DNA of 64,000 nt from an uncultured delta proteobacterium (GTDB lineage: Bacteria; Myxococcota; Myxococcia; Myxococcales; 40CM-4-68-19): the NCBI GenBank assembly GCA_903911145.1, contig CAIWCD010000048.1, positions 19,984-83,983 on the forward strand, in the 5' to 3' direction. How positions within the stretch are numbered: position 1 is the stretch's first letter; each line of letters opens with the position of its first letter. Below the pieces are notes generated by a model. It saw only the letters and a list, made by a program, of their open reading frames with translations. It ran no database searches and was not told where the DNA came from. This document shows, piece by piece, positions 1 through 14,425 of this stretch. A program made the translations under genes and the position numbers.

Positions 1-1259
1 GTGATGAGATGGCTCTCGATCTGCTGCACGGTATCGAGCGCAACGCCGACGACGATCAGCAGCGCGGTGCCACCAAACTGGAACGGCACGTTGTACTTCG
101 CTGCGAGAATGCCGGGGAGCACGCAGACCGCGCTCATGTAGATCGCGCCGCCGAACGTGATGCGCGAGAGGACGTGGTCGATGTACTCAGCCGTCTTCTT
201 GCCCGGGCGGATACCAGGAATGTAGCCGCCGTACTTCTTCAGATTGTCCGCGACGTCGACCGGATTGAAGGTCACGGCCGTGTAGAAGTAAGCGAAGAAG
301 ACGATGCCGAGCACGTAGAGGCCATCGTAGATCCATCCGCCGCGCTGCATGGCGTCCGCGAACGGCTTGAGGCGCGGGAACCAGGTCGCGAGCGTCGCCG
401 GAAACATCAGCACGGAAGAGGCGAAGATGGGAGGGATGACGCCGGCCGTGTTCACCTTGAGCGGCAGGTGCGTGCTCTGTCCCGAGAAGGTCTGCTGGCC
501 CACCACGCGCTTGGCGTAGTGCACGGGAATCTTCCTCTGCGCACGCTCGACGTAGACGATCACGCCGATGGTCACGAGCATCACCGCCGCGAGGATGATC
601 ATGTCGACGGTGTTGTCGTCGGCCTTGTCGCGGAAGGTCGCGTACGTCTGGATCGCCGCCTGCGGAATGCGCGCGACGATGCCCGCGAAGATGATCAGCG
701 AGATGCCGTTGCCGATGCCGCGCTCGGTGATCTGCTCGCCGAGCCACATGATGAATGCCGTGCCCGCGGTGAGCGTCACGACCGTCATCAAGCGGAAACC
801 CCAGCCCTTGACGTCGTCCGGAACGACGCTCTCGTTGCCGGCCTTGACCGACTCGAGGTAGCGCGCGATGCCGATGCCCTGGACGATCGAGAGGAGAATG
901 GTGCCGTAGCGCGTGTACTGCGTGATCTTGCGCCGGCCCATCTCGCCCTCTTTCGAGAGCTTCTCGAGCGCGGGGACCACAACCGTGAGCAGCTGCAGGA
1001 TGATGCTCGCGGAGACGTATGGCATGATGCCGAGCGCGAAGATCGAGAGCTGCTCGAAACCGCCGCCGGTGAAGAGGTTGAGCAGGTTGAGGAACCCGCC
1101 CGACGTCTCGATGTACTTCTTCATCACCACGCGGTTGACGCCCGGCGCGGTCACGAAGACGCCGACGCGATAGATCGCAAGATACAAGAGCGAATAGCTC
1201 AGCCGCTTGCGGAGCTCGGCGATCTTGAACAGGTTGCTGAAGGCGTTGGCGAACGACAC
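1..1259 (-). CDS. secY: Preprotein translocase subunit SecY (3' end leaves the window; about 419 codons present)
   Basis: Absent from the ORF track because no stop lies in the window. My reverse-strand translation from GTG at 1259 gives [41 protein letters not shown]...[26 protein letters not shown]. Bases 59..1 in the same frame read [19 protein letters not shown], a SecY C-terminal helix. Canonical position after rplO. Confidence 0.93.
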   Translation of the reverse strand, partial: MSFANAFSNLFKIAELRKRLSYSLLYLAIYRVGVFVTAPGVNRVVMKKYIETSGGFLNLLNLFTGGGFEQLSIFALGIMPYVSASIILQLLTVVVPALEKLSKEGEMGRRKITQYTRYGTILLSIVQGIGIARYLESVKAGNESVVPDDVKGWGFRLMTVVTLTAGTAFIMWLGEQITERGIGNGISLIIFAGIVARIPQAAIQTYATFRDKADDNTVDMIILAAVMLVTIGVIVYVERAQRKIPVHYAKRVVGQQTFSGQSTHLPLKVNTAGVIPPIFASSVLMFPATLATWFPRLKPFADAMQRGGWIYDGLYVLGIVFFAYFYTAVTFNPVDVADNLKKYGGYIPGIRPGKKTAEYIDHVLSRITFGGAIYMSAVCVLPGILAAKYNVPFQFGGTALLIVVGVALDTVQQIESHLI

Positions 1260-1349
1260 GTCGGCTGCCTCATCTCTGAACGGCCGCAGCTTGCGCGGCC
1301 ATTCCTTGCGGATGCGAAACTGTGTCAGGCACTACCGGATGCGAAAGCG

Positions 1350-1883
1350 CTAGGCCTTGGCCTTGGCGGCCTTCGCGGCGGTACGCTCGGCGGCCTTCTT
1401 CTCCTGCGGCGTCACCTTGTGCTTGATCTCAATGACCTCGCACGTGCCGCCGGCCTTCTCGATCTTCTCCCTGGCCGAGGCGGAGAACTTGTGCGCGCGC
1501 ACCGTGATGGCCTTGGTGATCTCGCCATCGCCGAGGATCTTCAGCCCGTGCTTGTGGTCCTTGAAGAGTCCGTGCGTATGGAGTTCGATCGGGCCGAGCG
1601 TGCCCTTGGCGCCACCCTGCACGAGCGTCTCGAGCTCCGCGACATTGACGAGCGCGTACTCGATGCGGAAGGGGTTGGTGAACCCGCGCTTCGGCACGCG
1701 GCGCTGGAGGGGCGACTGGCCACCCTCGAAGCCGATGAAGTTCATGTTGCCGCTGCGGGCCTTCTGGCCCTTGCCACCGCGGCCTGCCGTCTTGCCCTGG
1801 CCGGACGCCTGGCCACGACCAACGCGCTTCTTCTCTTTTGCACCGCCGCCCTTTGGGGGCGTGAGCTTGGAAAGTTCATTCAT
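1350..1883 (-). CDS. rplO: 50S ribosomal protein L15 (with Lys/Ala-rich C-terminal tail)
   Basis: N-terminus KKRVGRGQASGQGKTAGRGGKGQKARSG is the L15 Gly/Lys signature. spc-operon order rpmD-rplO-secY. Confidence 0.95.
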   Translation of the reverse strand: MNELSKLTPPKGGGAKEKKRVGRGQASGQGKTAGRGGKGQKARSGNMNFIGFEGGQSPLQRRVPKRGFTNPFRIEYALVNVAELETLVQGGAKGTLGPIELHTHGLFKDHKHGLKILGDGEITKAITVRAHKFSASAREKIEKAGGTCEVIEIKHKVTPQEKKAAERTAAKAAKAKA

Positions 1884-2018
1884 CGGACTGCTCCTCGCGG
1901 GGTTTGCGCCCGCTCGCTCGAGGCGCTCATTCGAGCACCTCTACACTTGGTGGAATACAGCTTGTATCGTCTACTGAATAGCTGCCACTCGAGATACGGA
2001 AGAGACAACGACCGCGAA

Positions 2019-2270
2019 CTACTTCTTCGCGGCCGCGTTCGCCGCCAGCTGCGCCTTCTTCTGCGCACGGCGACCGAAGGGCACGAACTTCTCGTTGGTC
2101 TGCTCAACCTCGAGCAGGTACGCAACCTTCGCGATCATCCCCTTCGTCTCCGGGGTGTCCTGCACGAGGCGGGAAACGCCAACGCGCGTGAGACCCAGGC
2201 CGCGCAGCGTCTCGCGGTGCTTCTCGGTGTGGCCGCTCATTCCGCGGACCAGCTTCACTCGGTATGCCAT
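2019..2270 (-). CDS. rpmD: 50S ribosomal protein L30
   Basis: MAYRVKLVRGMSGHTEKHRETLRGLGL matches the L30 core. Position between rpsE and rplO. Confidence 0.93.
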   Translation of the reverse strand: MAYRVKLVRGMSGHTEKHRETLRGLGLTRVGVSRLVQDTPETKGMIAKVAYLLEVEQTNEKFVPFGRRAQKKAQLAANAAAKK

Positions 2271-2306
2271 GTTCGACTCCAGCGCTAAACGACAGGCGGG
2301 CCGGGC

Positions 2307-2335
2307 GTCCTAGCCCGACCCGCGGGTAACGTCAA
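2307..2335 (-). promoter_or_regulatory. Candidate internal sigma70-like promoter ahead of rpmD (TTGACG-N17-TAGGAC)
   Basis: Minus strand reads CTTGACG TTACCCGCGGGTCGGGC TAGGAC. It lies just downstream of a perfect hairpin in the 124-nt rpsE-rpmD spacer. The -10 is weak. Confidence 0.3.
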
Positions 2336-2394
2336 GTGCACTCTCCCGCGAGATGCTCAAATGCTCCTCGCGGGAGCTTGCAAACGAACTGAAT

Positions 2395-2907
2395 CTATGA
2401 CTCGCCGACGAGCTCGGAGAGCTCCTTGCCGCGCAGCCGGGCCATCTCCTCGGGCGCGCGCAGCTTGCGCAGGCCGTCGAGAGCTGCCTTGACCACGTTG
2501 TGCGGATTCCGCGAACCCTGGCTCTTGGTCAGGATGTTGCGGACGCCGACAGCCTCGAGCACCGCGCGGACGGAGCCACCGGCGATGACGCCAGTACCTT
2601 CGCCTGCGGGCTTGAGCAGCACCTTGCCCGCGCCGAAGTGGCCGCGGATCTCGTGCGGGATGGTCGAGCCGGAGAGCGGAACCTTGAAGAGGTTCTTCTT
2701 CGCCTGCTCGCCGCCCTTGCGGATGGCCTCGGGAACCTCGTTCGCCTTGCCGAGACCAGCGCCGACGTGGCCCTGGCCATCGCCGACGACGACCAGCGCG
2801 GAGAAGCTGAAGCGCCGGCCGCCCTTGACCACCTTGGCAACGCGGTTGATGTGAACCACCCGGTCAGTCAACTCGGGGAGGTCGTTCGGATTGATCGGAG
2901 CAGCCAT
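2395..2907 (-). CDS. rpsE: 30S ribosomal protein S5
   Basis: [48 protein letters not shown] is the S5 signature. spc-operon position. Confidence 0.96.
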   Translation of the reverse strand: MAAPINPNDLPELTDRVVHINRVAKVVKGGRRFSFSALVVVGDGQGHVGAGLGKANEVPEAIRKGGEQAKKNLFKVPLSGSTIPHEIRGHFGAGKVLLKPAGEGTGVIAGGSVRAVLEAVGVRNILTKSQGSRNPHNVVKAALDGLRKLRAPEEMARLRGKELSELVGES

Positions 2908-2919
2908 TCGCAGAATCTC

Positions 2920-3288
2920 CTAGAACTTGAGGCCGCCCTCGCGGGCGCCCTCAGCGACGGCTGCAATGCGGCCGTGGTAGTTGAACCCGTTGCGATCGAA
3001 CACAACAGCCTCGATCTTCGCATCGACGCACTTCTTCGCGACCAGCTTGCCGACTTCCTTGGCGAGCTCGGCCTTCTTGCCCTTGCCGTCCTTCAGCTCG
3101 GGCGAGAGGGTCGAAGCCGCCGCCAGCGTCTTGCCGGAAGCGTCGTCGATCACCTGCGCGTAGATGTGATTGAGGCTGCGGTACACGGTGAGGCGGGGAC
3201 GCGAAGCATCGCCCGTCACGCGCTTGCGGATGTGAGCCGCACGCTTGTGACGCGATGCCAGCTTCTTCTGAATCGTGCTCGAGCTCAT
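2920..3288 (-). CDS. rplR: 50S ribosomal protein L18
   Basis: [20 protein letters not shown]...[26 protein letters not shown] is typical L18. The start shares one base with the rplF stop (TAATG). Confidence 0.95.
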   Translation of the reverse strand: MSSSTIQKKLASRHKRAAHIRKRVTGDASRPRLTVYRSLNHIYAQVIDDASGKTLAAASTLSPELKDGKGKKAELAKEVGKLVAKKCVDAKIEAVVFDRNGFNYHGRIAAVAEGAREGGLKF

Positions 3289-3830
3289 TACGCGGCTCCC
3301 GTCTTGCCCTGCTTGCGGCGGATGGTCTCTTCCGAGTACTTGACGCCCTTGCCCTTGTACGGCTCGGGCGGGCGCAGCTTGCGAATCTCAGCGGCGATGA
3401 GGCCGATCTGGTGCTTGTCGGCGCCCTTCACGGTCAGCTTGTTCGCCTTGGCGTCGTACTCGGCCGTCACGCCCTTGGGAAGCGGGTAGACGATCGGGTG
3501 CGAGAAGCCGAGGGCGAAGTGGATGTCCTGGCCCTTGAGCTCCGCCTTGTAACCGACGCCCGTGATCTCGAGCGAGCGTGCGAAGCCGGTGGTGACGCCG
3601 ATGACCATGTTGGCCACCAGCGTGCGCGAGAGGCCGTGCAGCTCCTTCGAGCGCGTCGTCTCGTCGGGGCGCTGGACGTGAATCTCGCCCTTCTCGACGA
3701 CGACCTTGATGCGCGCGTCGAGCTTCTGCGAGATCTTGCCCTTCGGCCCTTCGACAGTGACCAGACCCGGCTCGGCCGTGATCTTGACCTTGTCCGGAAC
3801 CTTGATTGTCATTCTTCCGATACGCGACAT
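3288..3830 (-). CDS. rplF: 50S ribosomal protein L6
   Basis: [17 protein letters not shown]...[14 protein letters not shown] is L6. Operon order. Confidence 0.95.
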   Translation of the reverse strand: MSRIGRMTIKVPDKVKITAEPGLVTVEGPKGKISQKLDARIKVVVEKGEIHVQRPDETTRSKELHGLSRTLVANMVIGVTTGFARSLEITGVGYKAELKGQDIHFALGFSHPIVYPLPKGVTAEYDAKANKLTVKGADKHQIGLIAAEIRKLRPPEPYKGKGVKYSEETIRRKQGKTGAA

Positions 3831-3838
3831 GGCAGCTC

Positions 3839-4237
3839 CTACCAGACCGTGGCGAGCAGCTCGCCACCCAGGTGTGCCTTGCGCGCTTCGCGATCGACCA
3901 GGATGCCCTTGCTGGTCGAGACGAGTGCGATACCCAGGCCGTTCATGACCTTCGGAATGTCCGTGTGCTTCACGTAGACGCGCAGGCCCGGCTTGCTCTT
4001 GCGGCGGATCTCGCTAATCACCGGATTCTTCTGCTCGTCATACTTGAGGACGAGGGTCAGGACGCCCTGCTTTCCATCGGCGCGAACGGAAACCTCGCCG
4101 ACGAAGCCTTCCTTCTTCAGGGCCTCGCTCACCTTGACCTTCAGCTTCGAGGACGGCAGCTCGATCTTCTCCAGCCCCGCGCGCTGCGCATTGCGGATGC
4201 GGGTGAGAAGATCTGCGATTGGATCGGTCATGCTCAT
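3839..4237 (-). CDS. rpsH: 30S ribosomal protein S8
   Basis: MSMTDPIADLLTRIRNAQRA...GGELLATVW is S8. Confidence 0.96.
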   Translation of the reverse strand: MSMTDPIADLLTRIRNAQRAGLEKIELPSSKLKVKVSEALKKEGFVGEVSVRADGKQGVLTLVLKYDEQKNPVISEIRRKSKPGLRVYVKHTDIPKVMNGLGIALVSTSKGILVDREARKAHLGGELLATVW

Positions 4238-4297
4238 GTGCTTGCTTCTCCTGCCGGCCGTACCCTTGGGCGCGCCGACGTTGATGCTGCGTTGGAA

Positions 4298-4483
4298 CTA
4301 CCAGGAAGACTTGATGACGCCCGTGATCTCGCCCTTGAGGGCGCGGTTGCGGAAGCAGATGCGGCACATCTCGAACTTGCGGAGATAGGCGCGATTGCGT
4401 CCACAGATCGGGCAGCGATTGTAAGCGCGAACCTTGAACTTCGGCTTGCGCTTCGCCTGGGCAATTTTCGACAGCTTGGCCAT
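4298..4483 (-). CDS. rpsN: 30S ribosomal protein S14, short zinc-binding (type Z) form
   Basis: 61 aa with two CxxC pairs: [22 protein letters not shown]. Lies between rplE and rpsH. Confidence 0.94.
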   Translation of the reverse strand: MAKLSKIAQAKRKPKFKVRAYNRCPICGRNRAYLRKFEMCRICFRNRALKGEITGVIKSSW

Positions 4484-4498
4484 GATTGAAATCCTTGC

Positions 4499-5194
4499 TT
4501 AAGCGGTACGGAAGGGCATGCCCATGTGGCGAAGGAGGGCGCGGCCCTCGTCGTCGCTATTGGCAGTGGTGACGATGGTGACGTTCATTCCCTTGATCTT
4601 CTCGATCTTGTCGTAGTTGATTTCCGGGAAGATGATCTGCTCCTTGATGCCGAGGGTGAAATTGCCCTTGCCATCGAAGGCCTTCGAGGAGACGCCCTTG
4701 AAGTCGCGAACGCGCGGGAGCGCGATGTTGACGAGGCGGTCGAAGAACTCGTACATGCGGTGCGAGCGCAGCGTGACCATGCAGCCGATCGGCTGGTTCT
4801 CGCGCAGCTTGAAGTTCGCGATGCTCTTGCGCGAGCGGGTCACGACACCCTTCTGGCCGACGATCGCCATCATCTGTTCCTCGGCCTGCTCGATCAGCTT
4901 GTTGTTGCTGATCGCCTCGCCGAGACCCATGTTGACGACAATCTTCTCCAGCTTGGGAACCTGCATGAGGTTCTTGTAGCCGAACTCCTTCATGAGGGCC
5001 GGGATGACCGTGTCCTTGTAGGTCGCGCGCATGCGCGCAGGCTTCTCGCCCTTCGCGGCGGCCTTGCCAGGCGCAGCCACGATGGTCGCAGCAGCCTTCT
5101 CCTTGCGCTTGCCCTTGGCCTTGTCGGTCTTGGGCTTTGCGTCTGCACCGGCGGCGGGCTTCTCCGCCTTTTCGTTCTTCTTGTCGTCAGCCAT
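4499..5194 (-). CDS. rplE: 50S ribosomal protein L5 with ~52-aa Lys/Ala/Pro-rich N-terminal extension
   Basis: The core from [40 protein letters not shown] matches L5. The upstream 52 codons keep GC3 bias. ATG 5194 has an AAGGA SD 13 nt upstream. The alternative start is Met55. Confidence 0.9.
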   Translation of the reverse strand: MADDKKNEKAEKPAAGADAKPKTDKAKGKRKEKAAATIVAAPGKAAAKGEKPARMRATYKDTVIPALMKEFGYKNLMQVPKLEKIVVNMGLGEAISNNKLIEQAEEQMMAIVGQKGVVTRSRKSIANFKLRENQPIGCMVTLRSHRMYEFFDRLVNIALPRVRDFKGVSSKAFDGKGNFTLGIKEQIIFPEINYDKIEKIKGMNVTIVTTANSDDEGRALLRHMGMPFRTA

Positions 5195-5246
5195 GATTCT
5201 TGAATCCTTGGGGAACCGAAATCCGGTTACCGAAAATTATCGAAAG

Positions 5247-5582
5247 TTACTGATCGATCTGCGCGCCGGACCGCTTGGCAACGCGAACCCGCTTGCCGCC
5301 TTCGAGCACCTTGGTGCCGATGCGGGTGGGCTTCTTCGACTCGGGATCGAGCAGAGAGAGGTTCGAGATGTGGATCGAACCGTTCTTCTCGATGATCCCG
5401 CCCTCGGGCGAGGCCGGGTTCTTGCCGCGCTTGACGTGGCGCTTGACCACCATCAGCTTCTCGACAACCGCACGCTGCTTCTCGTGATCGATCGAGAGGA
5501 CCTTGCCCGTGTTGCCCTTCTCCTTGCCGGAGAGGACATAGACGTTGTCACCCTTCTTGATGCGGATAGCTGCGCGGGCCAT
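5247..5582 (-). CDS. rplX: 50S ribosomal protein L24
   Basis: KOW motif IKKGDNVYVLSGKEKGNTGKVL. Operon order. Confidence 0.94.
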   Translation of the reverse strand: MARAAIRIKKGDNVYVLSGKEKGNTGKVLSIDHEKQRAVVEKLMVVKRHVKRGKNPASPEGGIIEKNGSIHISNLSLLDPESKKPTRIGTKVLEGGKRVRVAKRSGAQIDQ

Positions 5583-5584
5583 GG

Positions 5585-5953
5585 CTAGAGAACCTCAGGG
5601 GCGAGCGAGATGATCTTCATGAACTTCTTCGCGCGCAGCTCGCGGGCGACGGGCCCGAAGATGCGAGTGCCGATCGGCTCGCCTTCCTTGCTGATCAGCA
5701 CGGCGCTGTTGTTGTCGAACTTGATGTAGCTGCCGTCCACGCGCTTCACTTCGCGCTTGGTGCGGACGATGACGGCCCGGGCGATGTCGCCCTTCTTCAC
5801 CTTGCCGGTCACCGAGGCCTCCTTGATGGAGACGACGATCACATCGCCGATCGAGGCGTAGCGACGGCGCGTGCCGCCGAGCACCTTGATGCAGCCGACC
5901 TTCTTGGCGCCGCTGTTGTCAGCGACATCGAGGACAGTGGTTGTCTGGATCAT
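5585..5953 (-). CDS. rplN: 50S ribosomal protein L14
   Basis: [27 protein letters not shown] is the L14 N-terminus. Confidence 0.97.
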   Translation of the reverse strand: MIQTTTVLDVADNSGAKKVGCIKVLGGTRRRYASIGDVIVVSIKEASVTGKVKKGDIARAVIVRTKREVKRVDGSYIKFDNNSAVLISKEGEPIGTRIFGPVARELRAKKFMKIISLAPEVL

Positions 5954-5955
5954 GG

Positions 5956-6270
5956 CTACTTCGCCTCAGCTTTCGGAGCGTCGAGTCCTTCAGCCTTCGC
6001 GATGATCTCAGCGACGCGCCAGCGCTTCTCCTTCGACATCGGGCGGGTCTCAGAGATGCGAACGCGATCGCCAACGCCACACGCATTCTTCTCGTCGTGG
6101 GCCTTGAACTTCTTCTTCACGGTCAGATACTTCCCGTACTGGCCGTGCTTCATGCGGCGCTCCACCACGACGACCACAGTCTTGGTCATCTTGTTGGAAA
6201 CGACGATGCCGATGCGGCTCTTGGGCGTTCCGCGCTCGGCAGTCGCGCTCGCTTGCGTAGTCTCGGTCAT
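5956..6270 (-). CDS. rpsQ: 30S ribosomal protein S17
   Basis: [29 protein letters not shown] is the S17 core. It has extra N- and C-terminal tails. Confidence 0.93.
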   Translation of the reverse strand: MTETTQASATAERGTPKSRIGIVVSNKMTKTVVVVVERRMKHGQYGKYLTVKKKFKAHDEKNACGVGDRVRISETRPMSKEKRWRVAEIIAKAEGLDAPKAEAK

Positions 6271-6278
6271 AATTCCTC

Positions 6279-6503
6279 TTAAGCCTTCGCCGGCGCGGTC
6301 GCCTTGGCGGCGATCTGCTTCTGCGTCAGCACAGTGTTCACGCGAGCGAGGTCGCGCTTGGTCTTGCCCAGGTCGGCGCTCGACGAGAGCGAACCGGCCT
6401 TGTGGCGGATCTTGAGATTGAAGAGGTTCTCGCGCATCTCGGCAGCCTTGCGCGACAGCTCCTCGATGCTGAGTTCCTTGAGCTCGGTGGCGTTCATCTT
6501 CAT
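6279..6503 (-). CDS. rpmC: 50S ribosomal protein L29
   Basis: [28 protein letters not shown] is L29. Confidence 0.93.
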   Translation of the reverse strand: MKMNATELKELSIEELSRKAAEMRENLFNLKIRHKAGSLSSSADLGKTKRDLARVNTVLTQKQIAAKATAPAKA

Positions 6504-6509
6504 TCCTCG

Positions 6510-6932
6510 TTAAGCGCCGAGCTCATTCGAGCGGCGGACCAGCTTGGTGTGCATCGGGAGCTTGTGCGCCGCGATCTGCATCGCCTTCTTGGCGACCTCG
6601 GGCGTCACGCCTTCCATCTCATAGAGGATGCGGCCCATCTTGATGACTGCGTGCCACTCCTCGACGTTGCCCTTACCGTGACCCATTCGGGTTTCGGCAG
6701 GCTTCTTGGTGACCGGCTTGTCCGGAAACACCCGAATCCAGATCTTGCCGCTGCGCTTGATGAAGCGGGTCATCGCGATGCGCGCCGCTTCGATCTGGCG
6801 CGCAGTCAGACGACCCGACTCCATGGCCTTGAGGCCGTAATCGCCGTGGGCGAGATCGCCACCGCGATAGGCCTTGCCCTTGTGGCGGCCCTTCATCTGC
6901 TTGCGGAACTTGGTGCGCTTAGGTTGCAACAT
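6510..6932 (-). CDS. rplP: 50S ribosomal protein L16
   Basis: [21 protein letters not shown] is the L16 N-terminus. Confidence 0.97.
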   Translation of the reverse strand: MLQPKRTKFRKQMKGRHKGKAYRGGDLAHGDYGLKAMESGRLTARQIEAARIAMTRFIKRSGKIWIRVFPDKPVTKKPAETRMGHGKGNVEEWHAVIKMGRILYEMEGVTPEVAKKAMQIAAHKLPMHTKLVRRSNELGA

Positions 6933-6970
6933 GGCTGTCTATCCTCGCGTCCGTAGATTGAAGAGCGCCG

Positions 6971-7678
<708 letters not shown>

Positions 7679-7688
7679 CGTAGACTCC

Positions 7689-8129
7689 TTAAACCTTCGC
7701 CGAGGCGGCCAGGGGCTTGGTTGCGGCGGCAATGCGCTTCGACTTCTTCGCACCGGCCTGCTTCTTGGTGAGCTTCTTCTTCTCGACCACGTCGTCCGCG
7801 ACGGTGAGCGAGATGTGGCTCGTCTTCTTGAGAATCTTGAAGGCGCGCCCCATCGCGCGCGGCATGAAGCGCCGCAGCGACGGACCCTGGTCGACCATCA
7901 ACTCCTTGACGACGAGCTTGTCGGCGTCGAACGAGCCGCCCTTCGCGGCCTGCTCCGCATTGGAGACGGCCGAGCGAAGCAGCTTCGCGAGCGGCTCAGC
8001 CGCGCGCTTCTCGACGTAGGCGAGCATGCTCAGCGCCGCGCCGACCTTCTGGCCGCGGATGAGGTTCGCGACGATGCGAACCTTGCGAGGGGTGATGCGG
8101 AGGTAACTCAGTTTGGCAGTGGCTTCCAT
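7689..8129 (-). CDS. rplV: 50S ribosomal protein L22 (Lys-rich C-terminal tail)
   Basis: [22 protein letters not shown]...[17 protein letters not shown] is L22. Confidence 0.94.
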   Translation of the reverse strand: MEATAKLSYLRITPRKVRIVANLIRGQKVGAALSMLAYVEKRAAEPLAKLLRSAVSNAEQAAKGGSFDADKLVVKELMVDQGPSLRRFMPRAMGRAFKILKKTSHISLTVADDVVEKKKLTKKQAGAKKSKRIAAATKPLAASAKV

Positions 8130-8143
8130 GTCAGTCTCCCGAG

Positions 8144-8458
8144 TTACTTCGCGGCCGGAGCAGCAGCAGTGGCGCCGCCGGCGGGCTTGGCCTTCTTGTC
8201 GCCCGGGTTGTGGCCGTGGAACGTGCGCGTGGGCGCAAACTCACCGAGCTTGTGTCCGACCATGTTCTCCGTCACGAACACGGGGATGAACTTGCGCCCG
8301 TTGTGAACGGCGAACGTGTGCCCGACGAGATCGGGGATGATGGTCGAGCGGCGCGACCAGGTCTTGATGACCTTCTTCTGGTTCGAACGGTTCATCTCTT
8401 CCACCTTCTTGCTCAGGTGGCGATCGATGAACGGTCCCTTCTTGATAGAACGAGCCAT
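8144..8458 (-). CDS. rpsS: 30S ribosomal protein S19
   Basis: [20 protein letters not shown]...[35 protein letters not shown] is S19. Confidence 0.96.
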   Translation of the reverse strand: MARSIKKGPFIDRHLSKKVEEMNRSNQKKVIKTWSRRSTIIPDLVGHTFAVHNGRKFIPVFVTENMVGHKLGEFAPTRTFHGHNPGDKKAKPAGGATAAAPAAK

Positions 8459-8558
8459 GTGCTTCCCTTTCCACGGGCACTCCGGCCGACGGGGCCGGAG
8501 TCCTTAGGCCGCTTCCGCGGCGCCCACAAGCTGCAAATTGAAAAAAGTGAATGAAGAA

Positions 8559-9398
<840 letters not shown>

Positions 9399-9404
9399 GG
9401 CTGT

Positions 9405-9692
9405 TTACTTCCCCTCGAAGAGCGAGATCGCATCGCCCTCTTTGAGCGTGACGATCGCCTTCTTCCAGTTGGGCCGCATTCCGGAGTTCTTCCCGATGCG
9501 ACGCATCTTGCCCTTGGCGATCGCAGTGCGAATCGCGATGACCTTCACCTTGAAGATCGCCTCGATGGCCTGCTTGATTTCCGTCTTGTTCGACTGGACG
9601 GCGACCTCGAACGCGAACTTGTTCTCGCGGTCGCGCATCTTGTCGACCTTCTCGGTGTCGAGAGGACGCTTGATGATTTCGAAGCGGTTCAC
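9405..9692 (-). CDS. rplW: 50S ribosomal protein L23
   Basis: [11 protein letters not shown]...[28 protein letters not shown] is L23. 4-nt overlap with the rplD stop. Confidence 0.94.
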   Translation of the reverse strand: MNRFEIIKRPLDTEKVDKMRDRENKFAFEVAVQSNKTEIKQAIEAIFKVKVIAIRTAIAKGKMRRIGKNSGMRPNWKKAIVTLKEGDAISLFEGK

Positions 9693-10315
9693 TGGAGTGC
9701 TCCCTCGAGCGCCTTGGCAGAGGCCTCAGTCAACACCAGCGCGTGGTGGTTGAGGATGTCGTAAACGTTCGCGCCTTCGGGAGGCAGGAACTTGTAGTTC
9801 TTCGCGTTGCGCACCGACTTGAAGAGCAGCTCATTGCCCAGCATGTCGATGACCAGCGCGTTCTTGAAGCCGAGCTTCGCGAGCGTCGTCACCGTGGTCT
9901 TGGTGGACGGCTTCGCGAGCTTCCACTCCTTGACGATGAAGAGCGCCTTGTCCGCGTGGCGCTTGCTGATCGCCGCACGCAGGCCCGCGCGCCGAACCTT
10001 CTTCGGCACGTGATACTCGTGGTCGCGCATCTTCGGCGCCATCGCCTTGCCGCCGCCGACCCACTGGCTGGCGCGGATGGAGCCCTGGCGCGCGCGCCCG
10101 GTGCCCTTCTGCTTGTAGGGCTTCTTGCCGCCGCCGGAGACGAGCGAGCGGTTCTTCACGCCCACCGTTCCTGCGCGCCGCGAAGCGAGCTGTGCCTTGA
10201 CCACCTCGTAGAAGAGGGCATCGGCGTTGCCGAGGTCCGCGTTCACGAGGGAGTCAGCGAGGTCGATGGTGCCGACCTTCTGCTTCTCCAAATTGTACAT
10301 GTCGAGGGTTGCCAT
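9689..10315 (-). CDS. rplD: 50S ribosomal protein L4
   Basis: The ORF-track start at 10351 overlaps rps[16 protein letters not shown] at ATG 10315 is the plausible start. [29 protein letters not shown] is the L4 signature. Confidence 0.94.
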   Translation of the reverse strand: MATLDMYNLEKQKVGTIDLADSLVNADLGNADALFYEVVKAQLASRRAGTVGVKNRSLVSGGGKKPYKQKGTGRARQGSIRASQWVGGGKAMAPKMRDHEYHVPKKVRRAGLRAAISKRHADKALFIVKEWKLAKPSTKTTVTTLAKLGFKNALVIDMLGNELLFKSVRNAKNYKFLPPEGANVYDILNHHALVLTEASAKALEGALQ

Positions 10316-10334
10316 GGATGTCTCCGAGAGTCCG

Positions 10335-10643
10335 TTAGGACTTGATCTCAACGTCCACGCCAGCGCTCAGATCGAGCTTCATCAGCGCGTCGAGGGTCTG
10401 CTGCGTGGGCTCGAGGATGTCGAGGAGACGCTTGTGCGTCCTGATCTCGAACTGCTCGCGCGACTTCTTATCGACGTGCGGCGAGCGAAGGACGGTGAAC
10501 TTGTTGATGCGCGTCGGCAGCGGGATCGGCCCGACAACCTTGGCGCCCGTGCGCTTGGCGGTCTCGACAATCTCCCCGGCCGACTGGTCGAGAAGCTTGT
10601 AGTCGTACGCCTTGAGGCGGATCCGGATCTTTTGTGTAGCCAT
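10335..10643 (-). CDS. rpsJ: 30S ribosomal protein S10
   Basis: [31 protein letters not shown] is S10. Confidence 0.97.
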   Translation of the reverse strand: MATQKIRIRLKAYDYKLLDQSAGEIVETAKRTGAKVVGPIPLPTRINKFTVLRSPHVDKKSREQFEIRTHKRLLDILEPTQQTLDALMKLDLSAGVDVEIKS

Positions 10644-10757
10644 TGCTTGTTACCTCTCAGAGACGACTTGGGCTATCGACCGTCTGGCTCGGGCCCCGTG
10701 CCCGCGAATCTCGCGGTACCCGGGAGTCCTTCACCGTTCGGCCTGTTGCCGCTTTTC

Positions 10758-10805
10758 AAGTCAAAGAACGAAATTCAGCTCCCGGGCGATCGCTCACCCG
10801 GGAGC
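10758..10805 (-). terminator. Intrinsic terminator after tuf
   Basis: Minus-strand RNA is GCUCCCGGG-UGAGCGAUCG-CCCGGGAGC, a 9-bp perfect stem from arms 10797..10805 and 10778..10786. The tail is UGAAUUUCGUUCUUUG. Confidence 0.6.
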
Positions 10806-10817
10806 CAAGGGCCGCAG

Positions 10818-12023
<1,206 letters not shown>

Positions 12024-12078
12024 GGACCTTGCTCCTTTGACTGCCGTGTAGTGGGGGAATCGATGGGGGCCGGCGCTA

Positions 12079-14181
<2,103 letters not shown>

Positions 14182-14281
14182 GTGAGAATCCTCGGTACGG
14201 CCTGCGCGAGTGCGCGGGCCTTGGGGTTCGGAGACGAAGGACTGCCTGAGAAAGAGCTCTCAGACGAACAAAAGCGCGGCG

Positions 14282-14311
14282 TCTCTACTGCAGGGCGGGC
14301 CGCTCTGTCAA
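14282..14311 (-). promoter_or_regulatory. Candidate promoter for fusA-tuf (TTGACA-N18-TAGAGA)
   Basis: Minus strand reads CTCTTGACA GAGCGGCCCGCCCTGCAG TAGAGA, about 100 nt upstream of the fusA GTG. The -35 is a perfect consensus and the -10 is moderate. Confidence 0.4.
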
Positions 14312-14425
14312 GAGGGGGCCGCTGCCCCGTGGCGGCGGGAAACTAAGCGGATCCGCAACCATCGGCGGCCCAAAGCACGGAAATGCGATCAATGCGCGAT
14401 TGGCGCGAGCCGACGAGCTGTCGAT

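Noticed and set aside
10644-10817. TTGACT after the tuf terminator as an S10-operon promoter or S10 leader
   Set aside because: No acceptable -10 lies at 16-18 nt. I cannot confirm an L4-responsive S10 leader structure by inspection.
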